Part shown: piece after piece, positions 11,589 through 23,211 of the stretch
How positions within the stretch are numbered: position 1 is the first letter of the stretch
Layout: each line of letters begins with the position of its first letter
Origin: Catajapyx aquilonaris
Lineage: Eukaryota
NCBI GenBank assembly: GCA_000934665.2
Contig: JYFJ02002517.1
Coordinates: 1-55,501 of the forward strand
DNA length: 55,501 nucleotides
Direction: 5' to 3'
Position numbers and translations under genes: made by a program
The notes under the pieces: generated by a model
Database searches by the model: none
What the model was told of the DNA's origin: nothing
Seen by the model: only the letters and a program-made list of their open reading frames with translations

Positions 11589-13102
11589 TCAGTCAACTCT
11601 GTTGTAAGTTCCAGGTCTGAGCTTCTCCGCAGCTGCAAGGACAACGAATAGGTCCGGCAAGGTCAAGTCCAGGGCGGCACATACAGTTTTCCTGGTCACA
11701 GGCGTTGGATCGGAGCCGTTCTCTTTCTCTCTGGCGAATGAATGCAATAAGTGTAATACCAATATGTACAGTACGTTTTTTAAAAAGGTGCATACCGTTT
11801 GGAACTCAGGAAAAGGAGTAGAGCCACAACCTTGGTGTAAATTACTTTCTTAAACATTTGTATCCTTCGAGGCCAGTTTGAAACTGGAATCCAAGCCAGG
11901 TCGGACACAAGCGTCTTTGCAAATCTGCTGCTCTCCTTCACAGTATGAAGGACATTCCTAACAATTATAGAAACAAGATTATAACTACTGCGGTTGACAC
12001 ACAATTTATATATGAACTCACTCTGTAGTCTGCGACTCTTGATGAGCTCCGGTCCACAGGTCAAACAGCTCCTGCTTCAGAGCCTTTTCCCTCTCCTGAC
12101 AGTGGGCTTTGAACAATGCGGACTGCCTGACCTTAACCTCATCATTCCCTGCACCATGCTCCTTTTGTTCCATGTGAATTAGAGTCACAGGGTATGGATT
12201 GCAGGTGACGGCTATTGAAGGAAGGTTGCACTCTCCGCTCTCTTCCTGCAGAAGCCCTTGAACGAATAAGCCGGACTGGAACTGCCCACCGCCACCGCCG
12301 TCAGACATCACGGGCTGGCAGCAATACTGGTCCTCTTCATCCAGAAACAGCGTTAAGAAGCACACCAACTAGCAAGGTAAAGAGAGGATATTAGTTGCTA
12401 AAATGCAAACTGAAAAATTAGTGAGCATGAACCCACCAGATTGACGCCGTCACTGCAGCTGCCGATAATAATAGAGTTTCCGAATGTCTGCAGGTGTGAC
12501 GTCAATGCCAGGTCCAACCCTGGCAACTTCAGCACGTTTTCCAAAGGAACGTCCAACTTACTGGCCCACACTTTGCTCCTTTCGTCCACTGCTTCCCACA
12601 CTTCGTCTGCCCAGGCGTCCAGCTTCGACTGGCTCAACTCAGACTTGGCCAGCAGCACTTTAAACTGCGGGACTGTCCTCTTGGCCCACTGGTACAGCAT
12701 GGGCTTGATACGAAGTAGAGTGGACAGATGTGGCATCTCGACCATGAAAGCGTACGAGTGAGGAGTTGCCTCCTGCGAGTCTTCAATCACGCAACTGAAC
12801 GACACTGAGAAGTACGCAAGGTTCAGGTCGGGAACCAGAACAATGCTGCTGCTTAATGAGTCGTCAGGTGAAGGCGCATTCACATGCTCCAGGGTGTGAG
12901 TCGTGGCATACTTGACCCATTGCTGCGAGAGGTCATCCATTTTGGGGTCGTGACTGGTTGGGGTCCCATCTGATTTGACCCAATGGCTGTAGATAGGAGT
13001 TCGGATGTAGATCCAGTGCGGACCCAACACATTGTCCCATCTGGACACTATCAGGGCCTTCAGAGGACACTCGTCTGAAGCATCTGGGAATTTGGCTGCC
13101 AT
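11589..13102 (-). CDS. C9orf72: C9orf72-like DENN-domain protein; exons 13102-12437, 12368-12022, 11957-11796, 11730-11589
   Basis: N-terminal WDNVLGP, central LALTSHLQTFGNSIIIG and SGLFVQGLL, C-terminal LDLTLPDLFVVLAAAEKLRPG, all matching C9orf72 family landmarks. GT-AG junctions in phase. Confidence 0.85.
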
Positions 13103-13273
13103 TTCAGCTCAGTACGACAGGCCGATCATTCAACTGGAAATCATGTTAGATTTATTATATGCAAAATACAATTTCCATATATTCCTAGTAATTAGTAGAA
13201 TGCAAAAATGAGGCATGGTTGATGAAAAAATGAGGTCAACATCGCTCGTGTTCACAGCATTTATTTATTGGTG

Positions 13274-14458
13274 CTACTTTCCGGTGACTGATGCCTTACA
13301 TGGTTGCAGCAGTTTGGCAACATAAAACTTATACAGTTCCTTGTTGACTTGCTTATGCTTCTGATCCCCTGCGCCCGATACGCCCTGGCCAACCGCTGCA
13401 TGATTGTGTCGACGCTTAACCGTCTTGGGTTTCTGGATCAAGATGTCGACTACGGCTTCGTCATTTCCAGACTCAGCCATTCTCAGTTTCGAGGGAAGGC
13501 AGACTCGCTGGTGGTGATTCCCTGTTGCGTATCCTGGTGCGAACATGGCGTTGGTGACAGGGCCTTTGTGAGACAAAACACGCAGACATTGCCGACTGTA
13601 TGTGTCCCAAACCCTTGCTGTCATATCATCAGATCCAGACAGGAGCAGCGCACCGTCGGAAGATACAGCCAGGCAGGTTACAGCCTTTGTGTGACCAGCA
13701 TATCCACACTTTTCAGATGCCGTGTAGTGATGCTCGATCGTCCTGGGTGGTGTCTGCATATCAAACTCTAGAATGCCGCCAGTGGATGTGCCGACAACGA
13801 CGCAACTGTCGCATCGATTCAGCACCACCGATGTAAGAGGCGCATTAAATATCACCGACAACAGCAGCTGGCCCATCGTTATCGAGTACACCTTGCAAGT
13901 TTGATCCAAAGACGCCGTGACGATCCGGCCTTTTACCCCTCCGTAACCAACGTACACGTCAGTCACCGCCAACGTATGATGATCCCACACATGCCTGGGG
14001 GTTGCATCAGCCACGCACCAGACCACAATCAGCCCATCCTCGCCTCCGGACACAAAGTGGCTTCCGCAGTCTGTAAACCGCACCACCCGCACAGGCTGGT
14101 AGTGATGTGTCAGCACGTTAACAACCCGGCCAGTAGCTAGCTGCCAGACATGAATCTTCTCCTGTATGGCCACGGCCGCATACGCCGCATTCGGTGCTGC
14201 CGCCATCGCTCCGACACGTCCTGGACAAATGGCTCTCTGCTGTTGGTCTGTCTGTCCGTACCCCCACAGCTGTATGAGCGGCTTGGATCGGTCTGCGGCC
14301 ATCAGGTGGTCCAGAGCCAGCAGCGACAGTGTCCTCGGGGCAGACACTCCGTTCTTGAAGGTCAGAAGGGGAGCTCCGGACACAGGGCTCCAGACGCAAG
14401 TGTTCCAGAGCTGGCCTGATCCATCGCTGGTTACGGCCACTTCTGTCTCTTCGCTCAT
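13274..14458 (-). CDS. WDR18: WD repeat protein 18 (Ipi3 homologue, rixosome); single coding exon
   Basis: 394-aa WD40 ORF with EKIHVWQLATG, HHYQPVRVVRFTDCGSHFVSGGEDG, HTLAVTD, TASLDQTCKVY, LLSGSDDMTARVWDTYSRQCLRVLSHKGPVTNA and C-terminal NKELYKF. Confidence 0.9.
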   Translation of the reverse strand: MSEETEVAVTSDGSGQLWNTCVWSPVSGAPLLTFKNGVSAPRTLSLLALDHLMAADRSKPLIQLWGYGQTDQQQRAICPGRVGAMAAAPNAAYAAVAIQEKIHVWQLATGRVVNVLTHHYQPVRVVRFTDCGSHFVSGGEDGLIVVWCVADATPRHVWDHHTLAVTDVYVGYGGVKGRIVTASLDQTCKVYSITMGQLLLSVIFNAPLTSVVLNRCDSCVVVGTSTGGILEFDMQTPPRTIEHHYTASEKCGYAGHTKAVTCLAVSSDGALLLSGSDDMTARVWDTYSRQCLRVLSHKGPVTNAMFAPGYATGNHHQRVCLPSKLRMAESGNDEAVVDILIQKPKTVKRRHNHAAVGQGVSGAGDQKHKQVNKELYKFYVAKLLQPCKASVTGK

Positions 14459-14618
14459 GGCTTACTGCGGAACAAGATTTTAAATGCTGCAGAATAAGAT
14501 TTTAAATAGGGCGGTTTTGTCCATCATGTTTTCATGTCAACCATGCCATTCAAGATTCAATAAAAATATAATCAGGGGAGGAAAAAAAAATAAATTGGTC
14601 AGTATCATGTAGGATTGA

Positions 14619-14715
14619 ACTAGAAAAACGCGTGCGAAGCGAGGGTTCTTCTGACCGCCAACCGCAGGCATAGAAAAACGGGAGCGAAGCGAATGTTTTT
14701 TTCTTTCTTTCTAGT
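14619..14715. repeat. Short duplicated GCGAAGCGA element ending in CTAGT (possible Helitron-like end)
   Basis: TAGAAAAACG..GCGAAGCGA occurs twice and the block is bounded by ACTAGAAA and TTTCTAGT. Confidence 0.35.
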
Positions 14716-15272
14716 GGAACATTGTTCGAACGTAGTCTTTGCTCGTATACTCAACCTGGGAGATAAAATTGCGAACAAAATTTGGTATCAAATGATTCAT
14801 TGAACATTCGCGAATCAACCTGACTAAAATTATGCCATTAATGTGGAGTATTTACCTCAAAATTTAAGTAAAATTAAATGTCTGTCGAATGCGTCACGTG
14901 GAAACGTTCCTTTAGTGTGGACTGCTACACAAAGGAACAGTACGGCTTACATATTCCAAGCTGTGTTCTGATTGGCTTAATTAATACAAAGGCGTCATTT
15001 GATTGGACAGAATCACGGTTCACGTTCCGATCATTACTGCTTGGGACGTGTAAACATCGAACGTATGGAACAAGGAACGGACAAATTTTTAATAATTTAA
15101 CATTTTAATTATGTCAGCACTTATTACTGTAAATTCGCACATTTTTAGCAACATTTATGTGGTTAATTAGCGCACGGTCGTGTAGGCCATGCTTTACTAG
15201 GCCTGGCCACATGTTCCATCATGTCTGAATCGAACGTCTGTTGAAAAATATTAATTATTAATCTTCATAAAA

Positions 15273-18200
15273 ATGGTCGGAAGCAGCCGAATATTCAGCG
15301 GGTACCGCGCTTTGGGGTTCGTGAGCGACCATGTTCCACTGGTGGTCAGGTACATCCGGAGGAGGAAGGAAAACCTTATAGTGACAAGCGTCGGGAAGTG
15401 TTTCCACACTTATGGGGTAAAAATCACATCAAAATATTGTTCTTGAATTATTAATTATTTATTATGATTATTACAGTCGAACAAGTTGGGGTTGCTGAGT
15501 GTAAGTACGCCTCAAGGTGATGACATCACAGCGATTGCGGCCGATTCATTCCTTGTTTTCGTTGCGTACGGGAAGATCATACGTGCTTGGCGTCGCGGTA
15601 ATGAGCTGAAGCATACGTACGAAGGGCATGAGAAGCCAGTGCATATCATGTCCACGTTTGGCCCGCATTTGATATCGGTCGATGAGGACAGTACGCTGCG
15701 AATGTGGGATATTAAGACCGAGACGCTTTATTTGGAGATGACTTTCTCCGGGAAGACGTTCGGGATCAGTGCGATGCTACATCCCAGCACGTACATGAAT
15801 AAGATATTGATCGGCAGCCGGCAGGGGACAATGCAGCTTTGGAATGTCAAGACAACGCAGCTCATACACACTTTCGATGGTTGGGATTCGGCGGTGACGG
15901 TGTTGGAGCAGGCGCCGGCGGTCAACGTCGTCGCAGTCGGTCTCGCCAATGGATATATCCACCTTCACAACCTCCTGTATGACCGTCTGCTGATGAAGTT
16001 CTTCCAGGTCTGGGGCCCTGTGACTGGAATAACATTCAGGACAGATGGCCCTCCAATAATGTTGTCTGGTAGTTCGGAGGGTCATGTGGCCGTTTGGAAT
16101 TTGGAAGAAAAGAAGCTCGCATCTCAGATGAGACAAGCGCACCAGGGAGCCGTCACGGGGATGAAATGCCTTCCGAATGAGCCGCTGTTGGTTACGTCAT
16201 CTCCAGATAATACTGTCAAGGTGAGACCATTTTGATTGGATTGTCCGCATCTAATTTCCTAAACGTTCCTCAGATATGGATATTCGATATGGAAGGCGAC
16301 AGAGGGCGGCTTCTCCGCAGACGGGAGGGTCACTCGCTTCCGCCTTCCCGCATCCGGTTCTACGGTATCAATGCCGACAACATCTTAAGCGCAGGCCAGG
16401 ACTCGTCGCTCCGGATATTCAACAGCCGCAACGATGACTTCAACAAGAGCCTTGGTCGTGCTTCTTTCAACCGAAAGGCGTCCAAGAAAAAAGCGGCGTA
16501 CATGCCAGACCCGCTTCTCATGCCACCAATCGTCGAGTTCTCCTCAGAACCTACGAGACAGAAGGAGTGGGATAACGTGGTGGCATGTCACGCAGGCATC
16601 GGTGTCGTCACAACTTGGTCATATGACCGACTTAAGATGGGGGAACACAAACTGAGGCACATGAGGTTTAAAAAGGATCTTGCGCTGAAGAAATCAATCG
16701 CAACCGTAAGTACTAATTATCCGCAATCCTGCCCGGCAAATATTAATTTATTGTGCATTTGCAGTGTGTGAGTGTGACATCATGCGGAAACTTTGTGCTG
16801 GTTGGCTACAGTTCTGGTTATGTGGACAGGTTCAACTTACAGTCGGGCATACACCGCGCTACGTATGGAGATCCAAAAGCACATGAGACTTCGGTGCGAG
16901 GCGTGGCGTCTGATTCGTTGAATCAGATCGTGATCAGCGGCGGTGCTGACTCTAAGCTTTGCTTCTGGACGTTCAAAGGGACAAGTTTAATGGGGTGGGT
17001 CTCGCTGCGTGACGAAGTTGTGTCGCTCATGTTGCTGCACAGAGAGAGTAACATGTTGGCAGTTGCGACGGAGGAGTTTATGGTGTGCTTGGTTGATGTG
17101 GACACACGTAAAGTGGTGAGGCGGTTTACTGGGCACTCCAACCGTGTAACTGATGTAGCATTCAGTACTGATGCCAGATGGTTAGTGACAGCAGCTATGG
17201 ATTCAACTATCCGAGTGTGGGACGCCCCGTCTGGAGAGTAAGTTTCACCTTGGATTCACACTGCTGTAATTACACTACCATTGTTTGCAGGTTGATCGAC
17301 TTTATCACTGTCGATCCACCGTGTACGTCGCTAACTATGTCGCCTAATGGGGAGTTTCTCGCAACATGCCATGTTGCCGATCTCGGCGTGTACCTGTGGA
17401 CAAACCGTACTCTCTATGCCCACGTCAACTTGACTCGCCTCCCGCCGGACTACAAACCAGAAGTTGTTGCGCTTCCGGATACTGCCGTGACTGTGCAGGA
17501 GACAACGGACGATGTGAAGGAAGTCGTGCCTGAAGAAGAAGAATTTAAGTCGCCAGAGCAGATTTCAGACGAGTTGGTGACCCTTTCCCTGCTGCCCAAT
17601 TCCAGGTGGCAGAATTTGCTCAATCTCGACGTCATCAAGGTGAGTCATCTCGTTGTTGTAACACGATTCGATTGTACAAATAATGTTATTGCAGCAAAGG
17701 AACAAACCCAAGGAGCCACCAAAGGCTCCTAAGGCGGCGCCCTTTTTCCTTCCGACCATGCCGGGATTGGACTTCAAATTTGCGATTCCTAGCGCATCTG
17801 ATGCTGCAAGTTCAGGCAGGGTACTGAAGGCGAAGATTGCGGAGGCAGCAACTGAATTTGGACGGAATTTGCAATCTTCTGACTCGGAGGAAGACTGTAC
17901 GCTTTAAATGCCTGAATTTTTCCAATGCGAGTTTTGTTAATTTGTGTCTTTTCCGCAGATGTGACTGCCATGAATGTCCTGAAGGAAAAGGGTCCTTCAG
18001 GCGTGGACATTGAAATCCGATCGCTCTCTCCTGAAGGCGGCGGCTCCGAAGAGCTGATGCTCAGCTTCATGAAAATGATCCACTTCGTATTCAAGAGCAA
18101 CAAGGATTTCGAAGCATCGCAGGCGTACCTGGGACTATTCTTGAAGCTACATGGTGACTCCATCGCCACCTGCAAGGAGCTCAGAGAGTACCTGCTGACA

Positions 18201-18302
18201 GTTCAGGAATCAGCGATGCAAGCTTGGGAAATAGTTCAGGAGAGAATGAATGCCAGCCTGTGTCTCGTGTCTTATCTGAAGAGCTCTGCTGTGTACTTCT
18301 AG
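15273..18302 (+). CDS. WDR36: WD repeat protein 36 (Utp21); exons 15273-15416, 15477-16220, 16274-16705, 16765-17237, 17291-17639, 17695-17896, 17959-18302
   Basis: SRIFSGYRALGFVSDHVP, HPSTYMNKILIGS, TSSPDNTVKIWIFD, CGNFVLVGYSSGYVDRFNLQSG, and Utp21 tail SRWQNLLNLDVIKQRNKPKEPPKAPKAAPFFLPT. Confidence 0.95.
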
Positions 18303-18493
18303 CTTGCCAATAAATATTGTTGCATTTTTTAAAAAGTGTAACTTGTACTGCACTTTTTGCGTACGTTAAAAATGCTGGAAAGTCATGATTGGAGATGAAA
18401 AGTCACATCCAACATACTCCAAACGATTAATAAAAATTGAGCACTTGATATGCAACGAGGATTGAACCTATTACGCCGTCACTTGTCTCTCAC

Positions 18494-18624
18494 GGCCGAT
18501 TGCACCAGCCGACATTACCCGATCCGATGGCTCCTAATGGATCGTTAGGAGCCCCTTTTAACATCTGCTAACGATCGGTTAGGAGCTATCGAATCGGGTA
18601 ATTTCTGTTGGTGCAATCGGGGGC
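18494..18624. mobile_element. PIF/Harbinger-type MITE
   Basis: CCGATTGCACCA...ATTACCCGATCCGATGGCTCCTAA pairs with TTAGGAGCTATCGAATCGGGTAAT...TGGTGCAATCGG, followed by TTA. Confidence 0.65.
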
Positions 18625-19516
18625 ATTAGTCCAACAAAAATTGCAACGGAAATAAAACGGCCTGTGAATCAGGCAACCAGTTATTTGCGGCCTTTTTGAC
18701 ACCTTTCCATCTTTTACATAACTTGTCTTCTCAGCTCATTACGTTAGTAAATTACATAAGTGTGGCATTACGGCAATTATTATTTAACACACTAATTAAA
18801 CTGGTCCAGAATTTGTAATTGAATCATGCAAAAATGTACTGTAAGAAGGATTCAAATCGCCCGCCTTCACTTTCATTCGAATTTGTATTGCGCATGCGTA
18901 TAGTGATGTCGGCCAGGTGACGTTGCAAATATGTAAACTGCAATGCTCCGTGTAGCTCTGTGTAATTGTAAATTAATAATTAATAATAATTATAATGATA
19001 TTATGAAAATAATATAATAACTCACGTTCGAATGTGCTGCTGTCTAGTGGACACGTCCTGAAGATTCGGTGTTTGTACATCATCCATGGCCGAACTTTCG
19101 TTCCGTTCCTCTCCGCCAGATGTCAGCACTCAAGCGTTGTTCTTCTCCCCCCCTCCCCCCTTCCCTTACCCCGCCTTTTTCCCTCCCCCCCTCCCCCTAC
19201 CACCTCCTCCCTCCTCCCCTCTATTGTAGAGTTGGATGTAGAATAGAGCAGGGCTAAAGTGTCCGTCCGTCCCCAGCCCTACCCTACCCGACCGATGGCC
19301 CACGCCCGACTACCCAACGTTCTAATGCAAACCGTGTTCTGATGTGATCTGGTCTGAACCCCGCGCAATTTATTCCCAGTTCGCCCCGCTGGGGGGGGCC
19401 TCGTTGTACACACCCCGCCGTCGTAATAGAACGAAAAGAGAACTCATTGAAATAAGTGTGAATAGGCCTGAAGGAAAGGGAGGCTCCAACCCTCCAAACC
19501 ACCCGCCACAATAAGG

Positions 19517-21575
19517 ATGAAGCTGGTGGACGGGGTGGTCCGTAGCTTCCGAGTGGCAAAAGTGTTCAGGGAGAACACGGACAAGATCAACAGCATCGAC
19601 TTCAGTCCCACTGGAGAAGTTCTCATCTCAAGCTCAGACGACGATCAGATCGTAATCTACGACTGCGAGAAGGGGACGTGAGTTGTGGTTGTCTCTACAT
19701 CGATCATCAGGATCTCTGAAGGGGTTTGGGTTTGAGCAGGGTGGGGTTGTTTGCACTAACTCATGCACAAGCACCACACCCTATCCAGACAAGCCTAGTT
19801 GGATGCGCATTGCACTGCTACTGTACGACAAGAACGGAACCATTGCGGTTATTGTCATGTGCCATTGGCACCATTGGCATTGTCGCATGTGGTTGGCTCC
19901 ATTGACATTGCCATGGGGTTGGCACCACTGGCATTGTCGCATGTGGTTGGCTCCATTGACATTGTCATGGGGTTGGCACCATTGGCGTTGTCGCATGTGG
20001 TTGGCTCCATTGGCATTGTCGCATGTGGTTGGCTCCATTGTTAGTGCCATGCACTGTTTCCAATGCCATTGTCATGGGCGGTTGGGTCCATTGCTGGTGT
20101 CATGAACGGATTCCCTCCGCTGCTGGCGTTACTATTGACACCATGAGAACTGCGTATAATAATTGCAGAAATGGAAAATGAATCGACCGCATGCGATATT
20201 AATTAAGAAATATTTGTAAGGGACTCATTATGGCACGTTGACTAGCGTATGTTCTGAGTTTGCAGAAATTAACGGACTGGATTGCTTTTCAGGCAAAAGA
20301 GGACCGTGAATAGCAGAAAGTACGGCGTCGATCTCATCCATTTCACCCATGCCAAGAACACTGCTATACACAGTTCCACCAAAGTGGATGGTAAGTTGTG
20401 CGAATGTGTCACGTAGCGTCATATCATTACGAAGAATGCTCATGCTTGTTGTTGATGTGGTGCCACGTGAGACAAGCATGTGTTTTAAGTCATATCTCGT
20501 ACCGGGGCAAAGCCCCGTCATGTTTACATGCTTTTTTTATCTTGTTTACTCGGTTCCATTTATGTTTCCTTGCTGAATGCGCGCCTTTTATTTCCAGATA
20601 CAATCCGCTATCTGTCCCTTCATGACAACAAGTACCTCCGGTACTTTCCTGGCCACAACAAGAAGGTGGTGACCCTGTCCATGTCGCCAGTGGATGACAC
20701 GTTCCTCTCTGGCTCGTTGGACAAGACCCTTCGCTTGTGGGACCTGCGCTCTCCATCATGCCAGGGACTCATGCATGTGGCAGGTCGGCCTGTGGCTGCG
20801 TTTGACCCTGAAGGACTCATCTTCGCAGCGGGAGTCAACTCGGAGAGCATCAAGCTGTACGATCTGCGATCCTTTGATAAGGGTCCATTTGTCACCTTTC
20901 GCCTGACCCAGGAGAGAGAGTGCGACTGGACAGGGCTCAAGTTCAGTCCAGACGGAAAGACCATACTCATCTCAACCAATGGATCCGTCATCAGGCTCAT
21001 CGATGCCTTCCACGGGACACCCTTGCAGACCTTCACGGTACGAGTTTCTTGCATTCACATGGCATTACTCGTATTCATTCCATTGAGACTTGAGTGTTCG
21101 TTTTTGAGTCTGGAAAGCTCGTTAATTAAAAATTGGTGGTTGCAGGGTCACCTAAACAACAAAGGCATTCCACTGGAGGCATCGTTCAGTCCAGACTCTC
21201 AGTTCGTCTTCAGCGGGTCCACAGATGGGCTTTTGCACATCTGGAACGCAGAAACTGGATACAAGGTTAGATGCAGGGGAAAAAATTGTTACACTTGAAC
21301 TTGCAAATGCAGGCGTTACGTAACATGTAAATTAACAGCAACATGTTCAGAAACCTTGAAACGTTTAAAATCATCCTTACAGGTGTGTGCGTTGCATGCT
21401 GAGCATCCCGGTCCCGTACAGTGCGTGCAGTTCAATCCAAAGTATATGATGCTGGCCTCAGCTTGCACTAACATGGTAGGTTTCTTCTTCGCTCTTGGCT
21501 GCAGATTGGCAAGTAATTCGCAAACTTTTTATTTTGCAGGCATTTTGGCTCCCGAGCGTTGAAGACAGTGGTTGA
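19517..21575 (+). CDS. WDR82: WD repeat protein 82 (Swd2 homologue); exons 19517-19677, 20293-20390, 20598-21037, 21146-21265, 21383-21475, 21540-21575
   Basis: [61 protein letters not shown], and [21 protein letters not shown]. Confidence 0.97.
19865..20104. repeat. Minisatellite (54-bp unit made of 28+26-bp subunits) in WDR82 intron 1
   Basis: TTGGCACCATTGGCATTGTCGCATGTGG-TTGGCTCCATTGACATTGCCATGGGG starts at 19865, 19919 and 19973, then decays. Confidence 0.9.
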
Positions 21576-23211
21576 AGTTTTGTGCCCCATATTCACACGC
21601 ATATGCAGTTTTTTCAGAGGGTTGGGGGAGTGAGCGAGCTCAAGCATTTTTTTTTTTTGGTCATCGTAGTTCAGTACGCCTACCCCCCTGCTCCCACATA
21701 AAAAAGAAACTAATGGCAGCACTTGAGTTTTTAAAACCTTTTGCTATACACAGAAACGCAAGGATTGCTCTCCCCAAGTGGAATTGATTCGATTTTTAAA
21801 GGTTCAGCGGAGAATTATGAGAGGGGGAAAAAAAGTTTGTGTTCTGTATGAAGAGTTTTTGAAGCAGTATGCGGCAATGAGAAAGAAAGAAAAAAAAAGG
21901 AACATCATTTTTTTTTTGTCAGTGTCGTGTTTGTTTGCTGTAAACCTACACACTGGGAGTGACGGAACAAGATTAACCCACACCATTTGTTGTCCACACC
22001 TGTCATATTTGTGATGATTTTGCACCAAACACACCCGAGTGTGATGTGGTTAGCAAATGTTTTTTAAAACGTGTCACCCTCTCCTATTTTATTTTTTTTG
22101 CAAATCGGTTTGTCGCAGTATGGGAAGTAACGGTCGTTCAGTGGCGCTCAGGAAACAAAGCAAATCCTCAGGTCAGACCCCCTCCCCCTACACCCGCACC
22201 AAGAAAAAGCAGAAGAAAAATATGAGAATAATCCTCTCATCTCATTATTTTTACTTTGTTGAATTATGACTATTCACAGAGAGAAACGTGAAAGGCAGCC
22301 CCTTGAGTAGATTTTGCTGATAGAAAGGGACCACTATATGAGTTTTATTTTGTAACATTGATTTTCTTGCACACAAGCAAAAAAAAAAAAAAAGTATTGT
22401 CAGGTGTACAAATGTTAGGGAAGACATTTTTGTTATTAATTTTTTTTTAGTACAAAGTGTCGGCTGACTTTTTTTTCTTCCTTTATCCTTCTTCTCACTT
22501 CGTATGTTAAGAAAGTGCGACTTCTTTTATTTTAATGTGATTTGTGCCCACCGAGGAGATTTCCACCTGCCCCTCCCATTAGTTGCGCAAAAAAAATGGA
22601 GAGAAAAAAAAAAAATCAACCACTGAAGCACAGTATTAGTCCCCACATTTTTTTTTTCTTATAAGAAAAAGTCAGTGTACATATTAAAGCAGTGAGGGGT
22701 GGGGGAACAGGAACCAAGTCGATTTTCTAAAAAAAAAAGTAACAATCATTGGAAGGAATAAACGGCTAATAAAAAAAAAATCACTTGTCATTTTGCATGG
22801 AAGTGGTTTGTCTGATGTACCGTAGAAATCCTTGCCTCCTATGGTTAAAAATATATGTACGAGATGCAACACTTCGGCAGTGCGTCACACCATTATGTCT
22901 AAATTACCTCTGCCAAAATGCAGTTTGTCAAGAAAATGAAAAAAACCGAAAGGAAGGAATGTGATGCAAAATTATTGGATTTCAAAGATTTATATTTTAT
23001 TATCACAGATGCAATTAAGTAGCATTGCATATTTTGGCAACAAACGTGGTTATGGGCGACGTCCTGAATAGGATGATTTTTTGAGTAACGAGTTCTGCAG
23101 TTGGAATTAACTACACATTTTCAACTGAAATTGTTGGCAGAACGTGGAGGCCCTGCCACATGAAAAATCCAGTAATGGAAGACACCATGAATAGCAACAT
23201 GCTATTTCAAC

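Noticed and set aside
13304..14483. Antisense ORFs overlapping WDR18 (similar ones overlap ATR, WDR36 and WDR82)
   Set aside because: Shadow ORFs expected opposite GC-balanced coding sequence.
19055..19100. CTGAAGA followed by a TTCGG...CCGAA stem, hammerhead-like
   Set aside because: No GAAA after the stem and no stem III or cleavage triplet.
19865..20104. CRISPR-like array or Cys/His-rich protein ORFs
   Set aside because: Repeats are contiguous with no unique spacers, no cas genes, eukaryotic intron context; the ORFs are a by-product of the 54-bp period.
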